The notes under the pieces were generated by a model. It was not told the DNA's origin and ran no database searches. It saw only the letters and a program-made list of their open reading frames with translations. This document shows positions 47,717 to 58,385 of a stretch of 64,000 nucleotides of DNA, one piece after another. Source of the DNA: Candidatus Poribacteria bacterium (GTDB taxonomy: Bacteria > Poribacteria > WGA-4E > UBA9662); assembly GCA_046582655.1 (NCBI GenBank), contig JAYGDX010000259.1:5250-69249 (forward strand), given 5' to 3'. Position 1 is the first letter of the stretch. Each line of letters starts with the position of its first letter. Position numbers and translations under genes: made by a program.

Positions 47717-49076
47717 GTTGGGTTACTACTTTCCGAAAAGTCTGCCCACGTTCTTGGTAATCTTCAAACATGTCAAAACTGGCGTTGGCTGGTGAGAGGA
47801 GAACTACGTCTCCAAGTTCTGAATGTTCATAGGCAAGGTGAACAGCAGCGCTCATATCTGTAGTGTTTAAAGTAACGATATCTTCTGAAAGCGCGTTTCG
47901 GATTATTTGGGTGCGTCCACCCAGCAGAATAACTTTCTTGACTTTAGATTGAATCAGTCCGATAAGTGGCTCATAATTATTACCTTTATCGTAGCCTCCC
48001 ATAATCAATATAATTGGAGCCTCAATTGATTCAAGCGCAGCACGAACGGCGATGACATTGGTTGCCTTCGAATCATTAATAAATCGAATGCCGTTCACTT
48101 CTCCCACGAATTCAAACGCATGTGCCAGAACAGGATAATTTTGGGGCACGAAATTAATCACTGTTGATCTAATATCGCTAGGCGAGATTTCAAAGATTTG
48201 GGCAACTGCAATCGCGGCCAACATGTTTCGGATGTTGTGTCTTCCTTTCAGACGGATTTCGCTGATGTGACACACGCGAGTCAATTGGTCTTGCCAGTTT
48301 ATCCAGATTTCATCGTTTCGCAAAAAGGAGCCTATCTTAGGCTCAGTGGAATCAGAAAAGTAGACTGGCTTTGCCCTAGTGTTATTGGCAAAACTTAGCA
48401 CTTTCGAATCTCCAGCATTTAAGATGATCCAATGATCGTCTGTTTGGTTTTGACAGATATTTTGCTTTATCTCCTGATAGCTCTGCATTGTTTGATGACG
48501 ATCTAAGTGGTCACGGGCTATATTCAGTACCACACTAACTAATGGACAGAAATTAATTGTTGTCTCTAACTGAAAACTACTTACTTCTGCAACTACGATA
48601 TCATTTGTCACTAAACGTTGCACATCATTTGAAAGGGGATTACCAATATTACCAGCCACGCAAACTGTTCCGAAGGCTCCCCTCTTAAGTAATTCTCCTG
48701 TAAGTATGGTAGTCGTTGATTTTCCTTTGGTTCCGGTAATAGCAACGATTGGTGTGCGACATACGCTAGCAGCTACCTCCAATTCTCCTCGGATAGGTAT
48801 TCCTTCATGTTTAGCTTGAACCAGAATCGGAATGTCTAGCGGCACACCAGGTGATACAACGAGCATATCTTTGTTCTTTATGCATTGTGGCTTGTGTCCA
48901 CCCAGCAGAAAATCGATATCTAAGTCACTGAGGGCATCAATTTCGGTCTTAAGTTGATCGGCAGATTTTGGATCAGTAACGCACAGGTTAGCACCCAGAT
49001 CATGTAGTAGTCTGCTTACAGCAATACCACTCCGACTCAACCCAAAAACTGTAATTTGCTTACCTTCGAATTTCAT
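47679..49076 (-). CDS. murD: UDP-N-acetylmuramoylalanine--D-glutamate ligase.
   Basis: The start is taken at the ATG MKFEGKQITVFGLSRSGIAV, the MurD N-terminal signature. The Mur-ligase P-loop GTKGKSTTT is present. Confidence 0.9.
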   Translation of the reverse strand: MKFEGKQITVFGLSRSGIAVSRLLHDLGANLCVTDPKSADQLKTEIDALSDLDIDFLLGGHKPQCIKNKDMLVVSPGVPLDIPILVQAKHEGIPIRGELEVAASVCRTPIVAITGTKGKSTTTILTGELLKRGAFGTVCVAGNIGNPLSNDVQRLVTNDIVVAEVSSFQLETTINFCPLVSVVLNIARDHLDRHQTMQSYQEIKQNICQNQTDDHWIILNAGDSKVLSFANNTRAKPVYFSDSTEPKIGSFLRNDEIWINWQDQLTRVCHISEIRLKGRHNIRNMLAAIAVAQIFEISPSDIRSTVINFVPQNYPVLAHAFEFVGEVNGIRFINDSKATNVIAVRAALESIEAPIILIMGGYDKGNNYEPLIGLIQSKVKKVILLGGRTQIIRNALSEDIVTLNTTDMSAAVHLAYEHSELGDVVLLSPANASFDMFEDYQERGQTFRKVVTQLESKVHSKQPIL

Positions 49077-49119
49077 CAGCAACCTACTTTACTGGTAGTT
49101 CACAGTATTCAGAATGGAT

Positions 49120-52100
49120 TCACTTCTTAATAACTATTTTTTGCCTGTCTGTATGGATTCCATTAACTCGCAGCATGACAAAATACATGCCGCTAGCAAC
49201 GATATCACCATTCAGGTTTCGGCCGCTCCAGTAAGCAGCTCGATCTCTCGTACGATAACTGCCAGCAGATTTGGATCCAAGTTCAATTTGACGCACAATC
49301 TGACCGTCCAATGAATAGATCAAAATGGAGATATCTGCCAATATAGCGACGTCAAATGGAATCCAAGTATCAGGATTAAAAGGATTGGGGTAGTTTGGCA
49401 ACAATCTAGATTTGGCTGGATGGAATTCTTCCACTTGTGCTAGGACCTGATCGATTAGTTTCGAGGCTAGTGCTACGGCGTTTGGATTACTGAATTTTGA
49501 GGCGACTAGAATGAGGTCAAATAGGTCCACAATCCCGTCGGTATTTACGTCAGATTTCCCGTTGAATCCCTGATTGATTCTGTTTCCGAAATCCTTGGCA
49601 ACAAGCACGAGATCAGTAATGTCCACAACACCATCATGATTTATATCCCATTTTAAAAAAACAGGTAGCTGAATTGCTGGGGTTATCCGACTCCAACTCC
49701 GGCTCTCAAGTTGCGCGTTATTAATTGCTTTTATTCTTCCGTAGTAATTACGTTCATGCTTCCCAACGAAGCTATAATTTGTTTTGCTACCATCTATTTG
49801 TTCATCAACAATCAAGTCTAAGAATATGCGCGTGTCAGTATCAATCTGAACATGATAAAGTGCAATTCCACTCAAATCTTTAACTGGTTTCCATTTTAGC
49901 GTAATTTGATTATTTGATGTTTCCCAACTGATGTTCGACACCATTTTTGGAGGAGAACTATCGATTCTAAATTCAAAGTGACTGGTCTCAGTCCAATATC
50001 CAAGCTGATCCTTGGCTCGAACGTGAACCCACCAAATCCCATCGTTGAGTCCAGAAAACTTTAACTTATTGTTTTTTACCATTAAATCCGGAAAATTGTC
50101 AGGGATGTTTTTGGGGCGATGATCAAGTACAAAACTATACTTCCGGCCATTTTGGTTTTCTGGGATGGTAACTAGGTCCATCTTGGGAGAATCGCTGCTA
50201 TACCATCTATCTGATTTTGGGTGCGTCGTCGACGATATTTGTGGTGGTTGCAATGGTGTGTGATCAACTATAACGTATTTTGCGCTGTTAACTGTGCTCA
50301 CCCCTCCATGTGAGTCCGTTGTGACTGAACGTAAGTGATATTTTCCGTCCTTAATAAAGATGGTTTGCCATGTATATGATTTTGTGTCGCTGGTGATGTT
50401 CTTTGTAATTAATTTGGCAAATTGATCATTGAGAGAGTCATTGTAATAATAAAGATCGATGGTAAAATCGTCCCCTTCTGGATCCTGTGCTTGCCAATCC
50501 ACTTTGAAGGATTTGTCAGAAATCGCATTGTCGGTTGGTATAACGAACTTAAATTCTGGACTTGTGTTTGGCCGTGGCGGGGTATGGTGAACCTTATAAA
50601 TCTCCTTTAAATTTAATATTTCAGGAAATTCAAGTTCCTGCCAGGCCACTGCAATGCCAATAATGTTCTTCGGTCTTCGCTCAACTAAAATTCGCCAAAC
50701 TAAGTCAAATTTATCATCAATATTATCATCATCAATACCAAGGGTCATATCTATGGAATCCGAAGTGTCAAACACATCCCAAAGAATACTGGCTATAGTC
50801 CCTTCAACAACTGATCCATCTTTGTTTTGGCCTTTTCCGTTGTTACTGCCTGTCCACCAATTGTTTGCTTCAATGTTAGGGGTTGCCTCCCCCCATCTTC
50901 CGGTTACGTTTAGAGCACGGTCATCGACTGCGGCCTCGCAGAATTCAGCCCATCCTTCGCTAAAAGCAAATTCGAGGTCCGATACAGTTTCGAGTCGGTG
51001 TGGCATTTGATGATTTCCGCGCGGTACCTGTTCATATTGATAGTCATAAGCTGCCATCATAACGGAATGACCATATTCATGGTACATCGTGACATTACGC
51101 CATTGATCAACCCCAGCAGCAATTCTGATTTCTTCCCCAGTAATTTTACCTCCAAATTGATTGGCATAGTAATATGAAAAACGTCCTGAATCCGGCCAAA
51201 CGACTCGGATGTGATCCCGACTCCAACCTAGCCGGTTTAGGAAAAAATTATGCGCTCTCTGGATGGCATCATAGATATTTCCGAGCGCGCGATTCGGATT
51301 CCGATCATCCAGTACCACATCAATAACAACCTCCCCTTCTTCCACGTTTTGAATTATCTCCGACCTGATTTCGTAGATCTTCTTCCGGCGATCGCTTATG
51401 GATAACAAGTCATTACTGAATCGAACCCCAACGACCAAGTTGGGAATCTGATCCTTATCAAGTCCTGGAAGATCATTAAAAAAGTATGAACCTTGATCAT
51501 CAGCGTACGTTTCCGCCACGATAATTTGGTTATTATATAGTATAACTTTCGAGTTTTGGATTGGTTTCTCGATTTTTTCATTGTCATTGAAATAACTAAC
51601 TTTTCCGTGAACGTTAACTTGACCAATTTGCTCAGCCCAATGCCGTTGTTTGACACGTGACTGTAAGATATCGCCTCCAGAAAATCGATCTGGAGGGTAG
51701 GTCAGGACTTCTGCAGATGCTGTAGATGAACGCAGATAAAGATAGAAATGCTCAGCAACTGGCCTGTTGTATAAGTCAGTAAAGTAGATAGATGCTTGTA
51801 ACGGGTATTGACCTGGTTTATCGACCAAAAAACTTACACGAAATTCCGTATCTGATCGAGTGGGCAAGTAAACATAGTCAAAGGCATCTGGTGATTGAGG
51901 GGTGATTCCACGAGGCAGTCTGAACAGGACTTGACAGACGATATTCTTATTGAGATTTGAATCAATTGATAAAATCAGCGTAGTGTTTTCACCAACCCTC
52001 GGTGCATAAGCAAGTTCTAGATGACCGTTAACACTAGGGGAATAATGCCTGTATGCAGATATATTCGTGGGGCCCAAAGCTAACAGGAATAGGACTATTA

Positions 52101-52125
52101 GAGAAAAAAAACGCACTTGAGTCAA
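49120..52125 (-). CDS. T9SS-secreted multidomain protein: signal peptide, putative zinc-metalloprotease domain (HEYGH), Ig/FN3-like repeats, two dockerin type-I repeats, and a C-terminal T9SS sorting domain.
   Basis: The 1001-aa ORF has MYHEYGHSVMM...EGWAEFCE (an HExxH motif plus a downstream Glu). Dockerin repeats DINHDGVVDITDLVLVAKDFG and DVNTDGIVDLFDLILVASKF are present. The C-terminus NYPNPFNPDTWIPFDVA...ISILIYSLDGQIVRQIELG...GMYFVMLRVNG...KIVIKK is the Por_Secre_tail pattern. Confidence 0.8.
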   Translation of the reverse strand: MTQVRFFSLIVLFLLALGPTNISAYRHYSPSVNGHLELAYAPRVGENTTLILSIDSNLNKNIVCQVLFRLPRGITPQSPDAFDYVYLPTRSDTEFRVSFLVDKPGQYPLQASIYFTDLYNRPVAEHFYLYLRSSTASAEVLTYPPDRFSGGDILQSRVKQRHWAEQIGQVNVHGKVSYFNDNEKIEKPIQNSKVILYNNQIIVAETYADDQGSYFFNDLPGLDKDQIPNLVVGVRFSNDLLSISDRRKKIYEIRSEIIQNVEEGEVVIDVVLDDRNPNRALGNIYDAIQRAHNFFLNRLGWSRDHIRVVWPDSGRFSYYYANQFGGKITGEEIRIAAGVDQWRNVTMYHEYGHSVMMAAYDYQYEQVPRGNHQMPHRLETVSDLEFAFSEGWAEFCEAAVDDRALNVTGRWGEATPNIEANNWWTGSNNGKGQNKDGSVVEGTIASILWDVFDTSDSIDMTLGIDDDNIDDKFDLVWRILVERRPKNIIGIAVAWQELEFPEILNLKEIYKVHHTPPRPNTSPEFKFVIPTDNAISDKSFKVDWQAQDPEGDDFTIDLYYYNDSLNDQFAKLITKNITSDTKSYTWQTIFIKDGKYHLRSVTTDSHGGVSTVNSAKYVIVDHTPLQPPQISSTTHPKSDRWYSSDSPKMDLVTIPENQNGRKYSFVLDHRPKNIPDNFPDLMVKNNKLKFSGLNDGIWWVHVRAKDQLGYWTETSHFEFRIDSSPPKMVSNISWETSNNQITLKWKPVKDLSGIALYHVQIDTDTRIFLDLIVDEQIDGSKTNYSFVGKHERNYYGRIKAINNAQLESRSWSRITPAIQLPVFLKWDINHDGVVDITDLVLVAKDFGNRINQGFNGKSDVNTDGIVDLFDLILVASKFSNPNAVALASKLIDQVLAQVEEFHPAKSRLLPNYPNPFNPDTWIPFDVAILADISILIYSLDGQIVRQIELGSKSAGSYRTRDRAAYWSGRNLNGDIVASGMYFVMLRVNGIHTDRQKIVIKK

Positions 52126-52262
52126 TTCAATCTGAATTTAAGTATCACTCGAAACCTATATAGTTGGGAGAAGTACTTGCTTTACTAAACTTAATGTTAT
52201 CAAGTATACTTCACGTGTCAGAACGATTTCAATCTACATACCAAATAGACAAAGTTGAACCT

Positions 52263-53333
52263 ATGAACCACATTGATAAAATTGGCTTGATAGGTGTTGC
52301 TCACCCGCATTCTATCGCTCACCTGAAGACTCTTCGTTGGATAGATCAAATTGTGGATATACCAATCTACGATCCCGACGAATCTGCGATTCGCAATGCC
52401 AAAGAGGAAATTGGCGACAAAATCGGAGAAATATATACCGATCTCGACAGCTTACTTAACCGAACAGACGTGCCAATTATGTTCGTATGTCTGCGAAATG
52501 ATCAAACTCCAGACGTCTTAATCAAATGTGCCGATGCAGCAAAGCATATCATTGTAGAAAAACCGGTTGCAACGTCGGCTGAAGCATTCAAACCGGCACT
52601 TGATACAATTGAGAAAGCTGGTCTTAAAATGACGGTTTGTTTTCAGAACCGTTACCATCCGATGGTACAAGAGATCTTTAATTTAATCGGCGAAGGAATT
52701 TTGGGCACACCGATGTCAATTGAGATGCGGATGATTACATCCCAGGTTAGATTTCGCGATCCTGATCACTGGTTATTCCAGAAGGAACTTTCCGGTGGTG
52801 GCATTTTATCATGGTTAGGATGCCATTATCTAGACATGGCGTGTTACTTTATGCGAGACCGTGTCAGCGAAGTAAGTGCAATTGTGGCAACAAACAGTGG
52901 AGAGTCAATCGATGTCGAAGATACTGCCTCGCTCTCTTTTCGATTTAGTAGTGGCTCAGTTGGCAGTCTGCACGTAGGTTATATGTTACCATTCAGTGGG
53001 TCGGGTTATATGGGGCCTAGCTACGACACGTACATTGCAATTCGTGGGACAAAAGGCAACATTGTATGGAATCCGTTTGAAATGGAAAAGCCACTTACAG
53101 CTGAGAGTACGATAGTGGCATGGGAAACGTCACCGCATCGCGTTTTTCATCATCAGCTACCAGCATGTGATGCCTACGGTGGAATACACGGCGTAAAATT
53201 CGTGACTGATTTTTTAGACACAATTGCTTCTGAAAAGCAGCCAGCAGTGAGTGGTAACGATATGATGCACGTTTTGGAAATTCTAGATGCCGCTTACGAA
53301 TCAGACGCAACCGGCAGAAGAATTAATATTTAG
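52263..53333 (+). CDS. Gfo/Idh/MocA family NAD(P)-dependent oxidoreductase.
   Basis: The start is taken at MNHIDKIGLIGVAHPHSIAHL (Rossmann G-x-x-G-like), and a C-terminal dimerisation/catalytic domain follows. The upstream TTG in the ORF track is less likely. Confidence 0.85.
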   Translation: MNHIDKIGLIGVAHPHSIAHLKTLRWIDQIVDIPIYDPDESAIRNAKEEIGDKIGEIYTDLDSLLNRTDVPIMFVCLRNDQTPDVLIKCADAAKHIIVEKPVATSAEAFKPALDTIEKAGLKMTVCFQNRYHPMVQEIFNLIGEGILGTPMSIEMRMITSQVRFRDPDHWLFQKELSGGGILSWLGCHYLDMACYFMRDRVSEVSAIVATNSGESIDVEDTASLSFRFSSGSVGSLHVGYMLPFSGSGYMGPSYDTYIAIRGTKGNIVWNPFEMEKPLTAESTIVAWETSPHRVFHHQLPACDAYGGIHGVKFVTDFLDTIASEKQPAVSGNDMMHVLEILDAAYESDATGRRINI

Positions 53334-54376
53334 TTACTGTCAGCTAATTCAAATGATTCTAGTTCAAATTCAATTTCGACGGTTATTTCTCCACGTGTTT
53401 GCATTTGCGTAAACTTGACGAGACCCACGTCAGGTGCCAGCCATTTCTGTACAACCGTCTGGTCAAGGTCCTGATTGAACAATTTCCATGAGAAGGATTC
53501 TTGCACCTGAAAAACGCTATTGAAAGTTCCTGCAGGAACGGTTAAATTCTCCTCAGAAATGACCTCGAACTCATCTGAACCACCACCTATTGGGAAAAGC
53601 TCAGGTGTTAGTTTCGCTTGGAAGCTTTGTTGCCATTGGTTGCCGGGAATCAGTGGGAAACGATAAAGTGACAAAAAAGGTACAAACATGATAGTATCTT
53701 CTGTGCCAGAAGTAACATTTTGTGCGTACTGAAGTATCTCAATAGGTTTGTTGTTTTTGTCAACATTTCGACCTAGATAGGAAAAATTATAAATCCGCCA
53801 TTCCTGATCCTGGTTGGCAGGGTCAGCTAAATTTGGGTCATATTCTGGTAAATTTGGGTCGTATTTACTCAGCACGTAACTCGGAACAGTCCGGTTTTTT
53901 TCTAACTGAATTTGGATTTTATCAATAATCTCGAATACAATTTTGTTTTTCTTATTATGAACGTTGCTATAAGTCCATACATTGCCTACAGAAAGTGGGT
54001 AGTAATCACCAAGACGTGTTTTCCAGACCTGAATAATGAGTAATCCATTCGTTGATTTGCTTCCATCGCTGACGTTCACATTAATCTGAAAACGTCTTTC
54101 TTCTTTTGGTGCAATCCAAGTAGCACCATTACCATCGCCCTGAATGGAGCCTCCTGTTGATGACCATCGGAAGAACATCGGGTCATCTTCGATATCATAT
54201 GCTTCTAGGCGAATTGTGAGTTTTGATCCCGGTTCAACGATGTTTGATTCCGACTTAAGTAATTTAATCTTTGGGGCATAATTCTTATGTCGATCTGAGA
54301 TTTCATCGCTACAACTGGTTATAATAACTAGCCAGATCGTTAACAAAAGAAATATATACTGCTTAACAGCAAGCAT
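53330..54376 (-). CDS. Hypothetical lipoprotein with an Ig-like N-terminal domain.
   Basis: 348-aa ORF with a signal peptide and lipobox (VIITSC) and a GAGGAG RBS. The beta-rich body has no assignable catalytic motifs. Confidence 0.7.
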   Translation of the reverse strand: MLAVKQYIFLLLTIWLVIITSCSDEISDRHKNYAPKIKLLKSESNIVEPGSKLTIRLEAYDIEDDPMFFRWSSTGGSIQGDGNGATWIAPKEERRFQINVNVSDGSKSTNGLLIIQVWKTRLGDYYPLSVGNVWTYSNVHNKKNKIVFEIIDKIQIQLEKNRTVPSYVLSKYDPNLPEYDPNLADPANQDQEWRIYNFSYLGRNVDKNNKPIEILQYAQNVTSGTEDTIMFVPFLSLYRFPLIPGNQWQQSFQAKLTPELFPIGGGSDEFEVISEENLTVPAGTFNSVFQVQESFSWKLFNQDLDQTVVQKWLAPDVGLVKFTQMQTRGEITVEIEFELESFELADSN

Positions 54377-54488
54377 CTAAAGCTCCTCGACGAAACCGCA
54401 GTTATTGAAACGCTCGTTTAATTAGGAAGATGACAGATGATACGTGAATTACATTTTGGCAAGAATTTAGTAAGCAGGAGATGGATTG

Positions 54489-55010
54489 ATGATAATGCTG
54501 GTCGACGGATACAATCTATTACATAACCTTCCAGAGTGCACTTATGATCTAAAACATGATCTTGAAGCTACGAGGGATTACTTAATTGGTAAACTTAGTC
54601 GCTATGCCTCTGACTATGATGTAGAGGTGAGGGTGGTCTTTGACGCCCATTATACCAATCATCTGAAAACTTCGATTAAGAAACAAGTGGGAATCAGAAT
54701 TGTTTACACAAAAACTGATGAAACAGCAGATAACTACATTATCAACTGGATCAAAAAGTACCACCAAGGTAAATACATTGAAGTAATAACTTCTGATCAA
54801 GGACTAAGTCGAGCTGTTAAACAGTTGGGTGTCACCACCCGCAAGACAATCGAATTTGACGATACTTGCAGTCAGTCGAATTCTGTTTTGGGTCAAAAAA
54901 GAAAACTTGGTTCTGCCATATTAAACAGCGAACCATTGCTTGGGGATCGGATTGGAAAATCAGCTTTTAATGACTTGAAAGAGCTGAAACGAAAACTGGA
55001 AGGGAAATAA
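54489..55010 (+). CDS. NYN-domain protein, YacP/Rae1-like putative ribonuclease.
   Basis: The N-terminus MIMLVDGYNLLHNLPE matches the LVDGYN start of YacP-type NYN/PIN-like domains. An acidic residue lies after the FDAH segment. The ATG has an AGGAG RBS 9 nt upstream. Confidence 0.7.
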   Translation: MIMLVDGYNLLHNLPECTYDLKHDLEATRDYLIGKLSRYASDYDVEVRVVFDAHYTNHLKTSIKKQVGIRIVYTKTDETADNYIINWIKKYHQGKYIEVITSDQGLSRAVKQLGVTTRKTIEFDDTCSQSNSVLGQKRKLGSAILNSEPLLGDRIGKSAFNDLKELKRKLEGK

Positions 55011-55013
55011 ATG

Positions 55014-56546
55014 TCATCCTCCAATGTTTAACTCGCGGATTAGCCGGGATAGGTAGGTCCGCTGAATATCCAAAACCTCGGCCGTTTTGGATCGATTACC
55101 GTCATTCTGTGCTAACATATATTGGATGTATTGTTTCTTGAATCCCCGTTGGGCATCTTCCAGTGCCAAAGTCTTGTTGGGTATTTCACTCTTACTCCAA
55201 TTTTTACGCAGGCTCAGTGGTAAATCTTCCACTTGGATTTCTTCATCTTTTCCCAACACCACAGCATGCTCAATAGCATTCTGTAGTTCACGAACGTTTC
55301 CAGGCCACGTATGGGTCATCAGGATTTGAACAGCGTCTGGACTAAATCCAGTTTTCATCCGTTTCATTTCCCAACTATATTTATTCAAAAAATGTGACGC
55401 CAATCTTAGTATATCTTCAATTCGTTCGTGAAGCGTCGGTAATCCAATCGTAATCACGTTCAATCGATAATATAGATCTTCACGGAAACTGCCCTGTTTT
55501 ATCTTTGATTCAATATCTTGGTTGGTAGCCGAAATGATACGAGCATCGCAATTGATTGGCGCTGTTCCACCGACTCGGTAAATTTGTTGGTCTTGCAAGA
55601 CTCGCAATAACTTCGCTTGCAGACCAATCTGCATATCTCCAATCTCATCCAGAAACAGAGTGCCTTGGTTGGCCAGTTCAAACCGACCTTCCTTGCGACT
55701 TGTCGCACCAGTAAAAGCACCTCTCTCATGGCCAAAAAGTTCACTTTCAAGAAGATTGTCGGGTAAAGCCGCACAATTGACTGGAATAAAGGGCTTTTTT
55801 GCTCTTGAGCTTGCGTTGTGAATAGATTGCGCAATTATTTCCTTACCTGTACCACTTTCCCCACGGAGCAAAACAGTTGAACTTGTCTGAGCAACTCGCT
55901 CTGAGAGTTCTAATACCTTACGCATCTTTGGGCTAGATCCAATGATATCTTGAAACTGTGTATGGTTTGTCCCTAGTTCATATCGCAGCGTTTGGTTTTC
56001 ACGCTGTAGAAAATTATGTAGATGCGCATTTTCCAACGCGATCCCGGCCGCATTAGCTACAACTTCAGTCAGATATAAATTTTCTTCGGAAAAAGGCTGA
56101 CTATCAGCTTTGTTTAACAGTTGAATCGCACCAATAATCCGATCTCGTGTCATGATCGGGACGCACATCATCGTTGTCGCAGCAAAATCCAGCTTCTCGG
56201 CGATGGATATAGCGTGCTCCTTTTCTTTTCGGGCATCTTGTGTAATTAGGGAGGTTCCTTCTTTCACAACAGATCCAACTATGCCTTCACCTATTTCAAG
56301 AACAATTTCTTTGATTTCTTCGCTCTTTTCACCAGTTGCCGTTGCGACGTTAAGTCGTTGCTTATCATCATCAAGTAACCATATTGAACTTGCACTTGCT
56401 TCCACCACAGTAGCCAATTCTGATAAGACCAAATCAAGGATCTCTTGTATGTCCAGAGAGGAATTAACCGTGTGGCTAATATCAAGCAAAGCATGATATT
56501 GGCCTGACGATATACAATCAACAATTTGCTCTTTTCTGTCTACCAT
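55014..56546 (-). CDS. Sigma-54-dependent transcriptional activator with an N-terminal GAF domain (Fis family).
   Basis: The N-terminal half is GAF-like. The AAA+ sigma-54 interaction domain has Walker A (GESGTGKE), the GAFTGA motif ([10 protein letters not shown]), Walker B (LFLDEIGDM), and a C-terminal Fis-type HTH. The ATG at 56546 has an AGGGGGGA RBS. Confidence 0.9.
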   Translation of the reverse strand: MVDRKEQIVDCISSGQYHALLDISHTVNSSLDIQEILDLVLSELATVVEASASSIWLLDDDKQRLNVATATGEKSEEIKEIVLEIGEGIVGSVVKEGTSLITQDARKEKEHAISIAEKLDFAATTMMCVPIMTRDRIIGAIQLLNKADSQPFSEENLYLTEVVANAAGIALENAHLHNFLQRENQTLRYELGTNHTQFQDIIGSSPKMRKVLELSERVAQTSSTVLLRGESGTGKEIIAQSIHNASSRAKKPFIPVNCAALPDNLLESELFGHERGAFTGATSRKEGRFELANQGTLFLDEIGDMQIGLQAKLLRVLQDQQIYRVGGTAPINCDARIISATNQDIESKIKQGSFREDLYYRLNVITIGLPTLHERIEDILRLASHFLNKYSWEMKRMKTGFSPDAVQILMTHTWPGNVRELQNAIEHAVVLGKDEEIQVEDLPLSLRKNWSKSEIPNKTLALEDAQRGFKKQYIQYMLAQNDGNRSKTAEVLDIQRTYLSRLIRELNIGG

Positions 56547-56694
56547 GGATATCCCCCCTAACCAACACAATTCCTAACTAAGTATAGCAAAATCAGTTTG
56601 CCAAAGCAAGCTTAGAAACCACAGGTCCTCTGGATGATTAGGAAACTTAATGTTCGGTACGATTACCGTAAATTCTGATATATCTTGTTCATTG

Positions 56695-56726
56695 CTTGTA
56701 GGTTCTCTATCTTGTAGGTTCTCTAT
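56695..56726. repeat. Perfect 16-bp tandem direct repeat, cttgtaggttctctat x2.
   Basis: Read directly from the divergent intergenic region between the sigma-54 activator (start 56546) and the GT4 gene (start 57093). Confidence 0.9.
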
Positions 56727-57092
56727 GTTATTGTCCAATATCCCATGTTGTAGAGAAGGGGTTCTTCTAAAGATTTTTAATTTGTGGGAACCTTAGATAG
56801 TCTCATTCTTCAAAGAACATAATGGTTGAACCCAAATCTGTTTATACGATATAATATAAACTATAGTTCAGAGGTAGATATATGACCGTGCGAAGCTCCA
56901 GTTTTTCATTTTCTGATTTGTTTTTTTCAGGTTTTCGGTTCCTTGATCATTTGATGATTCATATTCGGTATTAATGCACATAAAATTTCAATGGTTGCTA
57001 TTTGGATCTATTGATTTTTGCTTGTGATTTTGCGATTGTTCTATTCTCGATAAATCATTGATGGTTCGCCTCTATTCTGAATTACGGAGCTT

Positions 57093-58214
57093 ATGGGCAA
57101 AATTAGTGTCTTGTATTTGACTTTGTATGGGTCTCGAGTTGGTGGTGGTGAAGTACAGTATGAGTATTTAATTAAAGGGCTGGATCGGAAAAGATTTCAT
57201 CCGATTGTCATTTGTCCGAGTCGGGGAGATCTTGTAGAAAGTTTCATTTCAGAAGGAATCCCAACACATATCCTTAAACTGCCAAGATGGTTGCACATTC
57301 AATCGATTCTTACAAAAAGACTCGCAACTCAAAAAATAGTCCGATTTGCAAGAGAAGCAGACATTGATCTTATTCATTCAGATTACCGGATGAATCCTTA
57401 TATGCTTGCTGTCCGCCGAGAGCTTTCTATACCAAATGTTTTTCATGTCCGAAGCAACATGCGTGAAAAACATGCAAAATGTTACTCTCTCAGGCAGGCA
57501 TCTTCAGCGGTTTCAATTGGCTATAAATATCGAGATGCACTTATTCAGGATGGCATGCCGGAAGAGAAAATTGAAGTCATTTTCGATGCCGTCGACATCA
57601 GCAAATTTAAGCCGGAAAGATCGAAGACAAACATTCTCGTGCAGGAGTATGCACCTAATGCCAAAATGTTAGTTGGACTTGTCGGGCGTATTGAATTAGC
57701 CAAACGACAACTTGATTTTCTCAGGATTGCAAAAGATATACTTTCATCCGGTCGAGAAGCACATTTTTTTGTCATTGGTGATATTTATTCTAAGCAATAT
57801 CTCTATAAGCTAAAAGCTTTTTGTGCCCAAAATGAGCTTAATGCACACGTCACCTTTGCGGGACGACGGAACGACATGCCGGCTGTGCTGGCATCCCTCG
57901 ATTGCTTGGTAACACTTTCAGGTGGATCAGTTATGATTGAAGCCATGGCATGTAGCATCCCGGTTATCTTCGCCACTTCAACTGATCCATCAAAATTGCA
58001 CATTGTACAACATAACGAAACTGGCATTGTTGTACCGGAGACGAGTCTTAACTTCGTTACAAAGGCAGTCATTGCTCTGATTGATAATCCGAATTTACGG
58101 AGTACATATGGGATTGCTGGGCGTCAACGCGTTGAAACACACTTTAGTGTTACCCAGATGATCCAGAAGACAGAAGAGGTATATCAGAAGTTAGTTTCCT
58201 CAAAGAACTCGTAA
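57093..58214 (+). CDS. Glycosyltransferase family 4 (GT-B, Glycos_transf_1).
   Basis: 373-aa ORF. The N-terminal GT4 donor-side domain (GGGEVQY) and the C-terminal EX7E-like region (GGSVMIEAMACSIPVI) are both present. Confidence 0.85.
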   Translation: MGKISVLYLTLYGSRVGGGEVQYEYLIKGLDRKRFHPIVICPSRGDLVESFISEGIPTHILKLPRWLHIQSILTKRLATQKIVRFAREADIDLIHSDYRMNPYMLAVRRELSIPNVFHVRSNMREKHAKCYSLRQASSAVSIGYKYRDALIQDGMPEEKIEVIFDAVDISKFKPERSKTNILVQEYAPNAKMLVGLVGRIELAKRQLDFLRIAKDILSSGREAHFFVIGDIYSKQYLYKLKAFCAQNELNAHVTFAGRRNDMPAVLASLDCLVTLSGGSVMIEAMACSIPVIFATSTDPSKLHIVQHNETGIVVPETSLNFVTKAVIALIDNPNLRSTYGIAGRQRVETHFSVTQMIQKTEEVYQKLVSSKNS

Positions 58215-58385
58215 TCAATCACCAAAATGTAGGTAATGGATTAATGATCTCAGATTTGGCGAACCTACTAGTTGGGTTTTAAGTTTACAAAACGTTAAAA
58301 TTATACTTCTGTTGCCAGTTAGTTCGATCAAGTGTAGAGGTTTGAAATTATTTGGTATTTAATATTAACCTGAGGAGAGAATAGT

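Noticed and set aside
56571-58385. Search for a canonical sigma-54 promoter (TGGCAC-N5-TTGC) near the sigma-54 activator, the GT4 gene and the CBM gene.
   Set aside because: Only poor partial matches were found (for example TGGCGAacctaCTAGTTG at about 58244, lacking the GC of the -12 element). Nothing is convincing enough to report as a feature.
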